Shown here piece after piece: positions 1 to 9,205 of a stretch of DNA of 64,000 bases. A model generated the notes under the pieces. The model searched no databases and had not been told where the DNA came from. It saw only the letters and a program-made list of their open reading frames with translations. The translations under genes and the position numbers were made by a program. The first letter of the stretch is position 1; each line of letters opens with the position of its first letter. Origin of the DNA: an uncultured Chloroflexia bacterium (lineage in GTDB: Bacteria > Chloroflexota > Limnocylindria > Limnocylindrales > CSP1-4); contig CAVQYA010000001.1 of the NCBI GenBank assembly GCA_963718085.1, positions 1,308,592 through 1,372,591 of the forward strand. Reading direction: 5' to 3'.

Positions 1-591
1 CGAGATCGTGGCCGAGAAGAGCGCCGTCTGGCGGACGGCCGGGGTGGCCGAGAGGATCGTGTCGAGGTCGTCGGCGAAGCCCATGTCGAGCATCTCGTCG
101 GCCTCGTCGAGGATGACGGCCTGCACGGCATCGAGGCGGAGGCTCCCGCGGGTCAGGTGGTCGACCGCCCGGCCGGGCGTGGCGACGACGATGTCGAGCC
201 CGCGCCGGAGGCCCCGCAGCTGCTGGCCGATCGGCTGCCCGCCGTAGACGGGGAGGACGCGCGCGCCCAGCACGCGCCCGTAGCGGTGGACGGCCTCGGC
301 GACCTGCATCGCCAGCTCCCGCGTGGGCACGAGCACCAGGGCGAGGGCCGTCCCCTCGGCGGCCCGGCCGAGGCCCCCGGCGGCGAGCCGCTGGAGGATC
401 GGCAGGGCGAAGGCGGCCGTCTTGCCGGTCCCCGTGGGCGCCTCGGCAAGCAGGTCGCGGCCTGCCAGGAGCGGCGGGATAGCCGCCTCCTGCACCGGGG
501 TCGGCTCCTCGTAGCCGAGGCCGGCGAGGGTCTCGAGCAGTGCGGGCGCCAGCCCGAGGGCCGCGAAGGTAGTGGGTTCAGCGTCCGTCAT
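1..591 (-). CDS. DEAD-box RNA helicase, N-terminal part (runs off the window edge)
   Basis: Manual translation from ATG 591: MTDAEPTTFAALGL..GYEEPTPVQEAAIP (Q motif), APTGTGKT (Walker A), VILDEADEMLDMGF (DEAD). Confidence 0.95.
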   Translation of the reverse strand, partial: MTDAEPTTFAALGLAPALLETLAGLGYEEPTPVQEAAIPPLLAGRDLLAEAPTGTGKTAAFALPILQRLAAGGLGRAAEGTALALVLVPTRELAMQVAEAVHRYGRVLGARVLPVYGGQPIGQQLRGLRRGLDIVVATPGRAVDHLTRGSLRLDAVQAVILDEADEMLDMGFADDLDTILSATPAVRQTALFSATIS

Positions 592-637
592 GAACGCAGC
601 GTACTCCGGGTCGCGCCCGATGCCCCGACGGACCGTC

Positions 638-1555
638 TCAGGGCAGCACCTGGCGCAGGGCGAAGATCACGTTGGCCGGCCGTTCGGCGAGCCGGCGCAT
701 GTACCACGGGTACCAGTGCTTTCCGTAGGCGATGAGGGTGAACGGGGGAAAGCCGGCCTCCTGGAGGCGCCGCAGCTCGCCGGCGCGGATCCCGTAGAGC
801 ATCTGGACCTCCAGCCGGTCGCGCGGGACGCCGGCGGCCTCGGCGAAGGCTGCGATCCTCTCCACGAGCGCACCGTCGTGCGTGCCCAGCGCGAGGCGAG
901 CCTTCCCGTCGCGGGCGGCCTCGGCGAGGACGAGCGCCGCCGCCTGGTAGGCCCCGTCCACCTCCGATCGCTGTCGCCAGGCGACCCCGGACGGCTCGTC
1001 GTAGGCGCCCTTCACGAGGCGAACCGCGGGCTCCAGCGGGAGCAGGCGCCGCAGGTCGGTCGGCGTGCGCCGCAGGTAGGCCTGGATGCAGATCCCGACG
1101 TTGCGGTGGGAGGCCCGGAGGCGCTCGTAGAGGGCGAGCGTCCGCTCGACGTAGGCCGAGCCCTCCATGTCCACCCAGAGCCAGGTGCCGATTGCCTCGG
1201 CCCGGGCGGCCAGCCCGGCCATGTGGGCGAAGCAGGCCTCCTCGTCGATGTCGAGGCCGAGCTGCGTGGGCTTCACGGAGAGCTCGACCGGACGGGCGAG
1301 GGTCGCCCCCCGGTCCAGGATCGCGTGGTAGTGGGCAGCCACTGCTTCCGCCTCGGCTGGGGCGGCGAGGTTCTCCCCGAGGCGCGTGAAGAGGATCCCC
1401 TGCCCCGAGGCGGCCAGCGTGGCGGCCGCGGCGAAGGCGGCATCCGCGTCCTCGCCGGGCATGAACCGACGGACGGCCTTGCGGACGAAGCGGAGACGCG
1501 GGAGGCGCTCCTTCAACCAGGTGTTGCGGGCCATCCAGAGCAGGATCCTGCGCAC
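638..1555 (-). CDS. Monofunctional proline dehydrogenase
   Basis: C-terminal part of ORF 638..2248: RRFMPGE, SVKPTQLGL, WVDME, IQAYLRR, RLVKGAY, GTHD, QMLYG, YMRRLAERPAN. GTG start at 1555 after GGAGG. Confidence 0.92.
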   Translation of the reverse strand: MRRILLWMARNTWLKERLPRLRFVRKAVRRFMPGEDADAAFAAAATLAASGQGILFTRLGENLAAPAEAEAVAAHYHAILDRGATLARPVELSVKPTQLGLDIDEEACFAHMAGLAARAEAIGTWLWVDMEGSAYVERTLALYERLRASHRNVGICIQAYLRRTPTDLRRLLPLEPAVRLVKGAYDEPSGVAWRQRSEVDGAYQAAALVLAEAARDGKARLALGTHDGALVERIAAFAEAAGVPRDRLEVQMLYGIRAGELRRLQEAGFPPFTLIAYGKHWYPWYMRRLAERPANVIFALRQVLP

Positions 1556-1581
1556 GACTTCTCTGACCTCCTGGCTCGACT

Positions 1582-2248
1582 CTACGTGTTCATGCCGGCC
1601 GGCCGCAAAGCATAGACGCGGCCCTGCTTGAGCTCGAGGTCCTCGAGCTCGGTCGTCGTGCGGACCTCGTACGAGGCGAGCTCGACGAGCTCGTCGGTGG
1701 GCAGGTAGCGGCGGCCGGGGTCGCCGACCAGGACGTCGATCCCGCGATCCCGGGCCCGGTGCAGCCACGGCAGGACGCGTCCGGCGAGGCGGGCCTCGTA
1801 CCAGCAGTCGCCGGCCAGGATGACGTCGACGTCGGGCGGCTCCTCGTCGAGCACGTCGCGGCGCACGACGGTCACCCGGCGGCCGTTGGCCCGCGCGTTG
1901 AGCTCGATTGCAGCGGCGGCGAAGGCATCGATGTCGGCGCCGGTCGCCTCGGCCGCGCCGGCATGCATCGCCGCGATCGCGCACAGCCCGGAGCCGGATG
2001 CCACGTCGAAGACCCGGCGACCGGCCGCGGCCTCCGGGTGCTCGCGAAGGTAGCGGCCGATCGCGAGCCCGCCCGCCCACGCGAACGCCCAGTACGGGAG
2101 GGCCGCGTCGGGATCGCCCGTCTCGACCTGGACGGCGTGCGTACAGCGGCAGCACTTCGTCGGCCAGGTGCAGGCGGACCTCCTCGAGACCGGGCACGGG
2201 ACGGAGGTGCGTGTGGCGCAGGACGAAGGCACGGGGCGAGGCGGCCAT
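1582..2248 (-). CDS. Class I SAM-dependent protein methyltransferase (Nnt1/METTL20/PrmA-like); one frameshift near 2140
   Basis: The N-terminus MAASPRAFVLRHTHLRPVPGLEEVRLHLADE is in one frame. PYWAFAWAGG, VFDVASGSGL, LAGDCWYE and GDPGRRYLP are in the adjacent frame. Confidence 0.85.
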
Positions 2249-2455
2249 CTCCGGACTCTACCGGCCGTCGAGCAGTCGCGCGTGAGCTGCCGCGTGCGAT
2301 CAGTCGTGCGTGATCGGACTCGCGTCCTTCTTTCGCCCGGCGTCCAGATGGCGCCGCGATCGACGGGCCCGGTTGCCACGTGATCGGGACGGGCGGCACT
2401 GGCCGACGAGGCGCGGGCGGAGGATTCTGGGCCGCACACTGGAAGGAGCCCGACC

Positions 2456-2746
2456 ATGCCCGTCCGCGCGTCGTTCGATCCGACGGAGGCGCTCGAGGTG
2501 GCGAACCGCCTCGGCCTCGACTTCAATTCCGAGCCCTTCTCCCTCGACGAGTTCTGCCGGGGAATGGCGGTTGAGCTGGAGCACGGCCGCCGCGACTCGG
2601 CGACGAACGTCACCGGCGACGACCCGCTCACGACCGGGAAGATCGCGCTGGCGCATCTGCGGGAGATCCGCGACTACTACACACGCCTCGCCCGCATGGA
2701 ATCCGAGGCCGAGGCCGAGCTCGAGGGGGCGTCCGACCAGGCCTGA
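2456..2746 (+). CDS. DUF5661 family small protein
   Basis: Motifs GMAVELEHG..TNVT.DDP..TGKIALAHLRE..DYYTRL; AAGGAG RBS upstream. Confidence 0.8.
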   Translation: MPVRASFDPTEALEVANRLGLDFNSEPFSLDEFCRGMAVELEHGRRDSATNVTGDDPLTTGKIALAHLREIRDYYTRLARMESEAEAELEGASDQA

Positions 2747-2919
2747 ACCGACCGACACGGTCGGTGCGGCCGACGCGGGCGGGGCAGCGGAACTGGCGGG
2801 CGGGGCGGCGCTCGCGGCCGGCCGGCCACGGCCCGGCTGGCGGCGCGGCCCTCGCGGGCCTCGCGGTCGGGCCGGCCGGCAACCCTGCCGGCGACCAGGC
2901 CGCGGCACCGCCGTGGCCG

Positions 2920-4515
2920 TCAGCCGACGGAGCCACCGTCGAGCGGATCGAATCCCTCCGTGCGATCGACAACCGCGTCCGCCCCCAGCCGGTCGTGATC
3001 CGGGCCGCCGATCGGCGTGCCGAGGACCGCCTGCCAGCCTTCGTACGCGAGCTCGGCCAGCGTCGTCTCGGCCGCCGCCAGCAGCGCCCCCGCCCGGTCG
3101 CGGACTGCCGGCCGATCCAGCACCGCGGTCGGGTCCGCGGCGATCTCGGCGGCAAGCGACGCCGCGGCCCGGGTCGTCTCCTCCGCGTGGACCACGGCGT
3201 CGTGCACCGTCGCCCGGCGCATGACGATGGCCTTCTGGCCGGCCACGGCGAGGGCCATGGCGACCAGGTACGGCCAGCGGGCCCGCGCCCGGGACGGCAG
3301 GTCCGGCTCCTCGAACGCCAGGATGAGATCGGGCCAGGCGAGGCGACGAAGGGCGACCGCGGCCAGCGCCTGGACCGCCGGCGCGCGCTCGTCGGCCAGC
3401 CACGGGACGAGGGCGCCGGCGGCCAGCTGCCCGGCGCCCAGGCCGTCGCATCGGGCAAGCGCGACGGCGAGCGCCTGCATCGCGAACGCCCGACCGGCCC
3501 GCATCCCCGCGTCGGCCGGGAGCCCGCGCGCCAGGTCCGGGGCGACGATGAGCGGCCCGGGACCCACCAGGACCATCGCCCCCGAGCGGCGCAGGAGGCG
3601 ATGCCCGAAGGCATGGTCGGCGAGGGCTCGGTCCGGGTCCACCCCGTCCGTGATGATCTCCGCGATCGGATCGGCCTCCACGACGTCGATCCGCTCGAGC
3701 GCTGCGACGAGCGCCTGCTCGGGCGCGGCCAGCGCCGTCGCGACGGTCCCGAGGCGCACGTACCGGCCGGCCTGGGCGGCCGCCTCGTCAACGCGAGCAC
3801 GAATGGCGGTCAGCGCGCGCTGGCTGCCGGCCGGCACGGCGGCGGGATCGTCGTCGTCGCCAGCCCGTCCCTCCCGCGGATACCAGTACTCCGGCTCCAG
3901 CCCGCGGTCGTGGAGGCGGAGCACGAGCTCGCGCCCCGCCGGAACGCGGATGCGCACCAGGTCGGCCCCCGCGGCCACGAGGGCGGCCGCGTCGTCGGGT
4001 GCGGCCTCCAGCATGGGCGCCGAGAGCGAGAGCCCGAACCATGGCCGGGGCGCGTCACCGAGGACGCCCAGGAGTTCGAGCCGGGCAGTGCGGTTCGCGT
4101 CGATCCGCTCGAGGGCCCGGGCGGCGATTCGACTCGCTTCGGCCTCGGCCGCGGCCCGGCGGTCCGGCTCGGCAAGCAGCTCGGCCTCGAACGCCAGGTC
4201 GATGGACCCACCGGCGACGTCGAGGGCCAGCTGCTGGGGAGAGATGTCGTACTCGCTGAGGGCCATCGCGAAGGGCAGGGCGATCCCCGCGGCCAGCCGG
4301 GCCGGCGACCCGCTGACGTGACGCTCGACCACGGCCGACGCCAGGGGAACGCCGTCGCGGGCGAGCCCGCCTACGCCGAAGAGGCGCAACAGGGCACGCT
4401 CACGAGCGGGGGTCGTGGACGCGCGGGCCCGGGCGCCCCACGCGCCGGCGAGGTCGTCGGCGCGACGGAGGATCGCGTCGAGGCGCTGGGCCGGACTTCG
4501 GGCTGGTTCGCTCAT
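2920..4515 (-). CDS. Divergent lysine 5,6-aminomutase alpha-subunit (KamD)-like TIM-barrel protein
   Basis: STTPARERALLRLFGV..GVPL..VVERH, ERIDANRTAR, GRYVRL..PE..A.LERIDV and C-terminal LGADAVVDRTEGFDP follow the KamD sequence as recalled, over about 530 aa. Confidence 0.75.
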   Translation of the reverse strand: MSEPARSPAQRLDAILRRADDLAGAWGARARASTTPARERALLRLFGVGGLARDGVPLASAVVERHVSGSPARLAAGIALPFAMALSEYDISPQQLALDVAGGSIDLAFEAELLAEPDRRAAAEAEASRIAARALERIDANRTARLELLGVLGDAPRPWFGLSLSAPMLEAAPDDAAALVAAGADLVRIRVPAGRELVLRLHDRGLEPEYWYPREGRAGDDDDPAAVPAGSQRALTAIRARVDEAAAQAGRYVRLGTVATALAAPEQALVAALERIDVVEADPIAEIITDGVDPDRALADHAFGHRLLRRSGAMVLVGPGPLIVAPDLARGLPADAGMRAGRAFAMQALAVALARCDGLGAGQLAAGALVPWLADERAPAVQALAAVALRRLAWPDLILAFEEPDLPSRARARWPYLVAMALAVAGQKAIVMRRATVHDAVVHAEETTRAAASLAAEIAADPTAVLDRPAVRDRAGALLAAAETTLAELAYEGWQAVLGTPIGGPDHDRLGADAVVDRTEGFDPLDGGSVG

Positions 4516-4592
4516 CCCCCCGGAGTATGCGCGAGCGGCGGCGGGTCGAGAAGGCGCACCAGGGGAGGAAGCAGGGTGGCGGGGACCTCGGC

Positions 4593-4623
4593 CCGGTCGG
4601 GCCGGTCGGGCCGGTCGGGCCGG
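4593..4623. repeat. 9-bp tandem repeat (CCGGTCGGG)x3
   Basis: Directly visible between the moaD-moaE stop and the kamD-like start. Confidence 0.8.
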
Positions 4624-4648
4624 GGCTCGGCGGCCACGGCCGGTGCGA

Positions 4649-5410
4649 TCAGGCCACCGGGTCCGTCCTGGCCACCTGCCCGATCCAGACGTGGCCGTCG
4701 GCGAAGCGCTCCGCCTTCCAGATCGGCGCCCGCGTCTTCGTCTCGTCCATCGCAAAGCGGGCCGCGTCGAACGCGCCGTCGCGATGCGGCGCGCAGGCGA
4801 CGACGACGACCGACACCTCCCCCAGCGGCACCTCGCCAACCGCGTGGACGATGGCGAGGCGCTCCACGCCGAAACGGTCCGCGGCCGCGTCGGCGATCTC
4901 GCCGAGAACCCGCAGGGCCAGGGTCTCGAAGGCCTCGTACTCGAGCGCCTCCACGCGCCGCCCGGCATGGCGCCGTGCCTCGGCCTCTTCGCCCGGGGCC
5001 GGGGTGCCCGGCGTCGCGCGCGTCCGCCCCTCGAAGATCACCACGGCGCCGTCTTCGGGGGTCGCGAGGCGATCGGCCAGCGCACGTCCCAGGTCGGGCG
5101 GCAGCGGCGCGGGCGCCAGCTCCAGGATCCGATCGGGGGCGGCGGCGCGCCGGACGTCCTCCTCCGCCCCGCCGCTGATCGGCGGGATGCAGGCAACTTC
5201 ATCGCCGTCGCCGAGAGGTGTCCCGGGGTCGGCGTACGCGCCGTTGCGGGCGAAGCGGACGTAGGGCCGCCCGTCGGCGAGGGCCGGGTGAAGTGCCGCG
5301 ACGGCATTCCAGGCATCCTCGACCGTGGCGCCCGCAGCGAGCCGAACGGGGACCTCGCGGGCGCCGGCGATCTCACGCTGGCGGGCGAAGAGCCGGACGC
5401 GAACCTCCAT
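4649..5410 (-). CDS. Fused molybdopterin synthase MoaD-MoaE (MoaX-like)
   Basis: Ubiquitin-like domain VRLFA..RE.AG...DGDEVACIPPISGG, followed by MoaE motifs GAVVIFEG.TR, LEYEAF, HR..AF, PIWKAE. Confidence 0.92.
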   Translation of the reverse strand: MEVRVRLFARQREIAGAREVPVRLAAGATVEDAWNAVAALHPALADGRPYVRFARNGAYADPGTPLGDGDEVACIPPISGGAEEDVRRAAAPDRILELAPAPLPPDLGRALADRLATPEDGAVVIFEGRTRATPGTPAPGEEAEARRHAGRRVEALEYEAFETLALRVLGEIADAAADRFGVERLAIVHAVGEVPLGEVSVVVVACAPHRDGAFDAARFAMDETKTRAPIWKAERFADGHVWIGQVARTDPVA

Positions 5411-5460
5411 CACATCCTCCTGGGCCAGGTGCGGGCGATCCGTGCGACGGCCCCGGGCCG

Positions 5461-5500
5461 AGTGTAGAGGCTGTCCCGCGACGGGCGCGCGCCGTACGAT
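5461..5500. promoter_or_regulatory. Divergent -10 elements (TACACT on minus, TACGAT on plus)
   Basis: AGTGTA at 5461-5466 and TACGAT at 5495-5500, in the short gap between divergent genes. Confidence 0.5.
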
Positions 5501-5521
5501 GAGCCGCGGAGGTGTCATGCG

Positions 5522-6256
5522 ATGGGACTCGATGCCGCAACGACGATCACCTGGTACGGCCACGCCTGTGTCGAGGTCCGCACTCCCGGTGGGAAGACGA
5601 TCCTGATAGACCCGTGGTTCGGGAACCCGAAGAGCCCGAAGGCGGCGGCGGACGTCGCGGCCTGCGACATCCTCCTCGTCACCCACGGCCACGGTGACCA
5701 CCTCGGCGACGCCGTGGCCCTGGCCAGTCGCCTCCGGCCGGCCTGGCCGTGCATCCACGAGCTGAACCTGTGGCTGGCGCGACTGCTCCCGGGCGGCAGC
5801 GACGCCACGATCGGGATGAACAAGGGCGGCACCGTGAATGTCGGCGAGATCGCCGTGACGATGGTCGGCGCCGACCACTCGGCCGGCGACTGGAACCCGG
5901 GCGGCGAGACGACCCTCTACCTCGGCGAGCCCGCCGGCTTCGTCGTCCGCCTCGAGAGCGGCTACACGATCTACCACGCCGGCGACACGAACGTCTTCGG
6001 CGACATGCGCCTGATCGGGGAGCTCTACCGGCCGGACCTGGCGCTCCTGCCGATCGGCGGGCACTACACCATGGGCCCCCGCGAGGCCGCGCTGGCAACG
6101 GAGCTCCTGGGAGTCGACGCCGTCGCGCCAATCCACTGGGGCACCTTCCCCCTCCTCGCGGGCACCCCGGCAGCGCTCCGGCACGAGCTGGACGAGCGCG
6201 GGCTGCGCGGGGTCGCCGTCCACGACTGGAAGCCGGGTGGCGAGATCCCGTGCTGA
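5522..6256 (+). CDS. Metal-dependent hydrolase, metallo-beta-lactamase fold (UPF0173-like)
   Basis: WYGHA, IDPW, THGHGDH, ADHS, YHAGDT, LPIGGHYTMG, PIHWGTFP. Confidence 0.92.
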   Translation: MGLDAATTITWYGHACVEVRTPGGKTILIDPWFGNPKSPKAAADVAACDILLVTHGHGDHLGDAVALASRLRPAWPCIHELNLWLARLLPGGSDATIGMNKGGTVNVGEIAVTMVGADHSAGDWNPGGETTLYLGEPAGFVVRLESGYTIYHAGDTNVFGDMRLIGELYRPDLALLPIGGHYTMGPREAALATELLGVDAVAPIHWGTFPLLAGTPAALRHELDERGLRGVAVHDWKPGGEIPC

Positions 6257-6284
6257 CCGCGACGCTGAATCCGGGCGCCTGAAT

Positions 6285-6923
6285 ATGCCGACGGCGGACG
6301 ATAGCGGGAAGGGCGACAGGGTCGAGGCGTCTCCCGGGAGGCAGACGCCGACGCGGAAGGCGTCGGCGTCTGCGGTCCCAGGCGCCGTCGGGTCTGGAAG
6401 ACCCGTTCGGACCGGGCGCGGCGGGATCCGGGGCGCGCTGGCGCGCCTCGCCCGGCTCGTGCCGGGTCTTGCGTCGCGGATCGGCGCGGCGCGGGCGGAC
6501 GACTACGAGCTGGCCTCCCGAGAAGCCTTCCACTCTGCCGTGATCCATGGATCCTCCGAGCCGCTCGTTCCCGCCGCTCCGACACGAGCGACCGCGGCCA
6601 GGGCGAAACCCCGGTTCCCCAGAGGCCGGGGCGCGCCAGATTCCGGGACGACCGCCCCGCCCGATTACGCCTCGCTGGCAGCCGCACGTCAAGCGGCGCC
6701 GGCAAGTGCCCCTGACATCTCCGCGGCCACTGAGCCGCTACCCGAAGGCGCGACCGGAATCGACGCCGCCGAGGCAGCCGCGCCACCCCTCCCGGCCTCC
6801 GGGCACCGGCGCCAGGCCGGGGATACCGCCCCTGATCACCTTCTGCGCACGCCCCTGAGCGCGGCTCGTGCAGCCGACGACTTCTTTGGCGGATTCGCAC
6901 GGCGGGACGACGGCGATCGCTGA
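6285..6923 (+). CDS. Hypothetical Ala/Pro-rich, probably disordered protein
   Basis: Fills the gap between two plus-strand genes; its stop is 1 nt before the parA ATG. No recognisable motif. Confidence 0.45.
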   Translation: MPTADDSGKGDRVEASPGRQTPTRKASASAVPGAVGSGRPVRTGRGGIRGALARLARLVPGLASRIGAARADDYELASREAFHSAVIHGSSEPLVPAAPTRATAARAKPRFPRGRGAPDSGTTAPPDYASLAAARQAAPASAPDISAATEPLPEGATGIDAAEAAAPPLPASGHRRQAGDTAPDHLLRTPLSAARAADDFFGGFARRDDGDR

Positions 6924-6924
6924 G

Positions 6925-7680
6925 ATGCAGACCATCACGATGTCCAACAACAAGGGGGGCAGTGGCAAGACGACCACGACGGTCAGCCTCGCCGCCGCAT
7001 TCGTCGAGCTCGGCCTCCGCGTACTGGTCGTCGACCTCGACCCGCAGGGATCGGCGACCGATTGGCTCGGCGGTTGCGAGTCTCCCACCGGGCTCGTCGA
7101 GTTCTCCACGGGCGGCGTCGCCCTGTCCCAGCTGGTTTCGACGACGGAGCACGGGGTCGACCTCGTCCCGGCCAGCCTGTCCCTGGTCCCATGCCGGGAG
7201 AAGCGCGACACGGACGCCGGCCTGGCAATCGTCCGGGCACTCGCCCGGCTGCCGGCCGACTGGGACCTCGTCGTCATCGACACCCCGCCGACGCTCGGCT
7301 ACCTCTCGCTCGCCCCTCTCGTCGCCAGCGACCACGTCGTCATCCCGGTGGAGGCTCACGCGCTCGCCCTTCCCGGCGTCGCCAGCGTCGTGGCTTCGAT
7401 CGAGCGCGCGCGCCGCGAGGTCAACCCGGGCCTGCGGCTGCTGGGCATCGTCGCCTGCCGCGTGAGCGCCACGAGCCACACGAGGGAGGTCGTGGACCGA
7501 CTGCGCTCCCACTTCGGCACCGTCGTCCTGGATCACACCGTGCGCGAGGCGATCCGGATCGCCGAGGCACCGGCGCACCGCCTGACGATCACCGAGTACG
7601 CGCCCTCCAGCCCCGTGGCGAACGACTACCGGGCGGTGGCGGCGGAACTCCTCGACCGGATGGGCAAACTGAACTCCTGA
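6925..7680 (+). CDS. ParA/Soj-family ATPase (orphan, no parB adjacent)
   Basis: NNKGGSGKTT deviant Walker A, VDLDPQG, IDTPP, IRIAEAP, DYRAVAAEL. Confidence 0.92.
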   Translation: MQTITMSNNKGGSGKTTTTVSLAAAFVELGLRVLVVDLDPQGSATDWLGGCESPTGLVEFSTGGVALSQLVSTTEHGVDLVPASLSLVPCREKRDTDAGLAIVRALARLPADWDLVVIDTPPTLGYLSLAPLVASDHVVIPVEAHALALPGVASVVASIERARREVNPGLRLLGIVACRVSATSHTREVVDRLRSHFGTVVLDHTVREAIRIAEAPAHRLTITEYAPSSPVANDYRAVAAELLDRMGKLNS

Positions 7681-7774
7681 CCAACCGGCTCAGCGAGCCG
7701 TCTCGAGGCCCTCGAAGGCGCCATCAGGCGCTGGGACGCAGTCGCGCAGCCGTGGCGCCCCGGACCTCCCCGAG

Positions 7775-9205
7775 TCAGGAGGCAGCCGCCGGCCGAGGCC
7801 CGCCGCGGGGTGGGACCCCGACCCCGATGACGTGGACGCGATCCGGGAGCACGAGGTCGCGCAGGCCGTTCCGGCCGTCGAGGAATACTTCGAGGTCCGG
7901 GAACCAGGTGGGATCGAGGGAGCGGAAGGCGGGATCGGCCGTCTGGACGACGATCGTACGGGCGTCGCTCGGCGTCCCCCAGGCCCACGGCGCGGCTCCG
8001 CAGCGCTCGACCTCCTCGACCGAGAGCAGCGGATCCCAGGCCGAGACGCGGGCACCGGCGGACCGCAGGCCGTCCATGAGGGGAATCGCCCGCGTGTAGG
8101 CAAGCTCGTTCACGCCCTCGCGGTAGGTCAGGCCCAGGACGAGCACCGACACATCCTCCAACGTGCCGAGCGCCTCCTCGAGCGCCCGTATCGCCACGCC
8201 CACCTGGCCGTCGTTCACCCGGCGGGAGAGCGCGACGAGCTCCATCTCCGGGGCCCGGGAGAGGAGGAAGTGCGGGTAGACCGGGATGCAGTGACCGCCG
8301 ACGCCCAGGCCGGGCTGGTGGATGTGGCTGTAGGGCTGGCTGTTCGCGGCCCGGATTACCTCCAGGACGTCCACTCCGATCCGGTCGGCGTAGCGGGCCA
8401 GCTCGTTGGCAAAGGCGATGTTGAGGTCGCGATAGGTCGTGTCGGCGAGCTTGCTCAGCTCGGCGGCCTCCGTCGTGCTCATCGCCACGACCTCCGCGTC
8501 GAGGACCGAGGCGTAGAACAGGGCCGCCCGTTTCGTGGAGGCCCGGCCGATCCCGCCGACGAGCTTCGGGTAGGTCGCGAGGTTCCGGAAGACCTCGCCG
8601 GAGAAGAGACGCTCCGGCGAGAACGCGACGAAGAAGTCGCGGTCGGCGACGAGACCGGTCGCTGCCTCCAGGAGCGGCGCGTACCGGTTCCGGGTGTCGC
8701 CGACCGGCAGGGTCGTCTCGAAGACCACCGTCGCGCCGGCACGGACGCCGGGGGCGATCGCGTCGACCGCGGCGTCCATGTGGCGATGGTCCGGGTGCTG
8801 CTCGGCGTCGAGCATGACCGGGACGATCAGGACGATGACGTCGGCCTCCCGGGCGGCAGCCGCCCCGTCCGTCGTCGCCCGCAGGCGCCCGTCGGCGTGG
8901 ACCTCCGCAACGCGCTCGGCGAGGCCGGGCTCCTCGGCAACGTGAGCCCGGCCCTCGTTGATCGCGCCGACCACTGCCGTGTTCACATCGACGGCGATCA
9001 CGGTCCAGCCGTGCGAGGCGAACTGGGCGGCGAGCGGCAGGCCCATCTTGCCGGCGCCGACGACGGCGACCGTGCCGGCCGTCCCGGGCTCTCCGGTCCA
9101 CGGCGCCACGGGCCGGGCCGGGCCATGCAGGCAGGGCTTCGCGGGAAGGGCGATCGTCCCGCCGAGAGCACTTGTCGATGCCGTGGGCCGGGTGGTGATC
9201 GTCAT
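7775..9205 (-). CDS. UDP-N-acetylhexosamine 6-dehydrogenase (WbpA/WecC-like)
   Basis: VVGAGKMGLP, FETTLPVG, FSPER, AELSKL, PGLGVGGHCIPVYP, GLTYRE. Confidence 0.9.
   Translation of the reverse strand: MTITTRPTASTSALGGTIALPAKPCLHGPARPVAPWTGEPGTAGTVAVVGAGKMGLPLAAQFASHGWTVIAVDVNTAVVGAINEGRAHVAEEPGLAERVAEVHADGRLRATTDGAAAAREADVIVLIVPVMLDAEQHPDHRHMDAAVDAIAPGVRAGATVVFETTLPVGDTRNRYAPLLEAATGLVADRDFFVAFSPERLFSGEVFRNLATYPKLVGGIGRASTKRAALFYASVLDAEVVAMSTTEAAELSKLADTTYRDLNIAFANELARYADRIGVDVLEVIRAANSQPYSHIHQPGLGVGGHCIPVYPHFLLSRAPEMELVALSRRVNDGQVGVAIRALEEALGTLEDVSVLVLGLTYREGVNELAYTRAIPLMDGLRSAGARVSAWDPLLSVEEVERCGAAPWAWGTPSDARTIVVQTADPAFRSLDPTWFPDLEVFLDGRNGLRDLVLPDRVHVIGVGVPPRGGPRPAAAS

Noticed and set aside
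638-2248. Methyltransferase-proline dehydrogenase fusion or programmed frameshift
   Set aside because: A single indel near 2140 throws the methyltransferase start into the PRODH frame. There is no slippery site, and PRODH has its own RBS and start.
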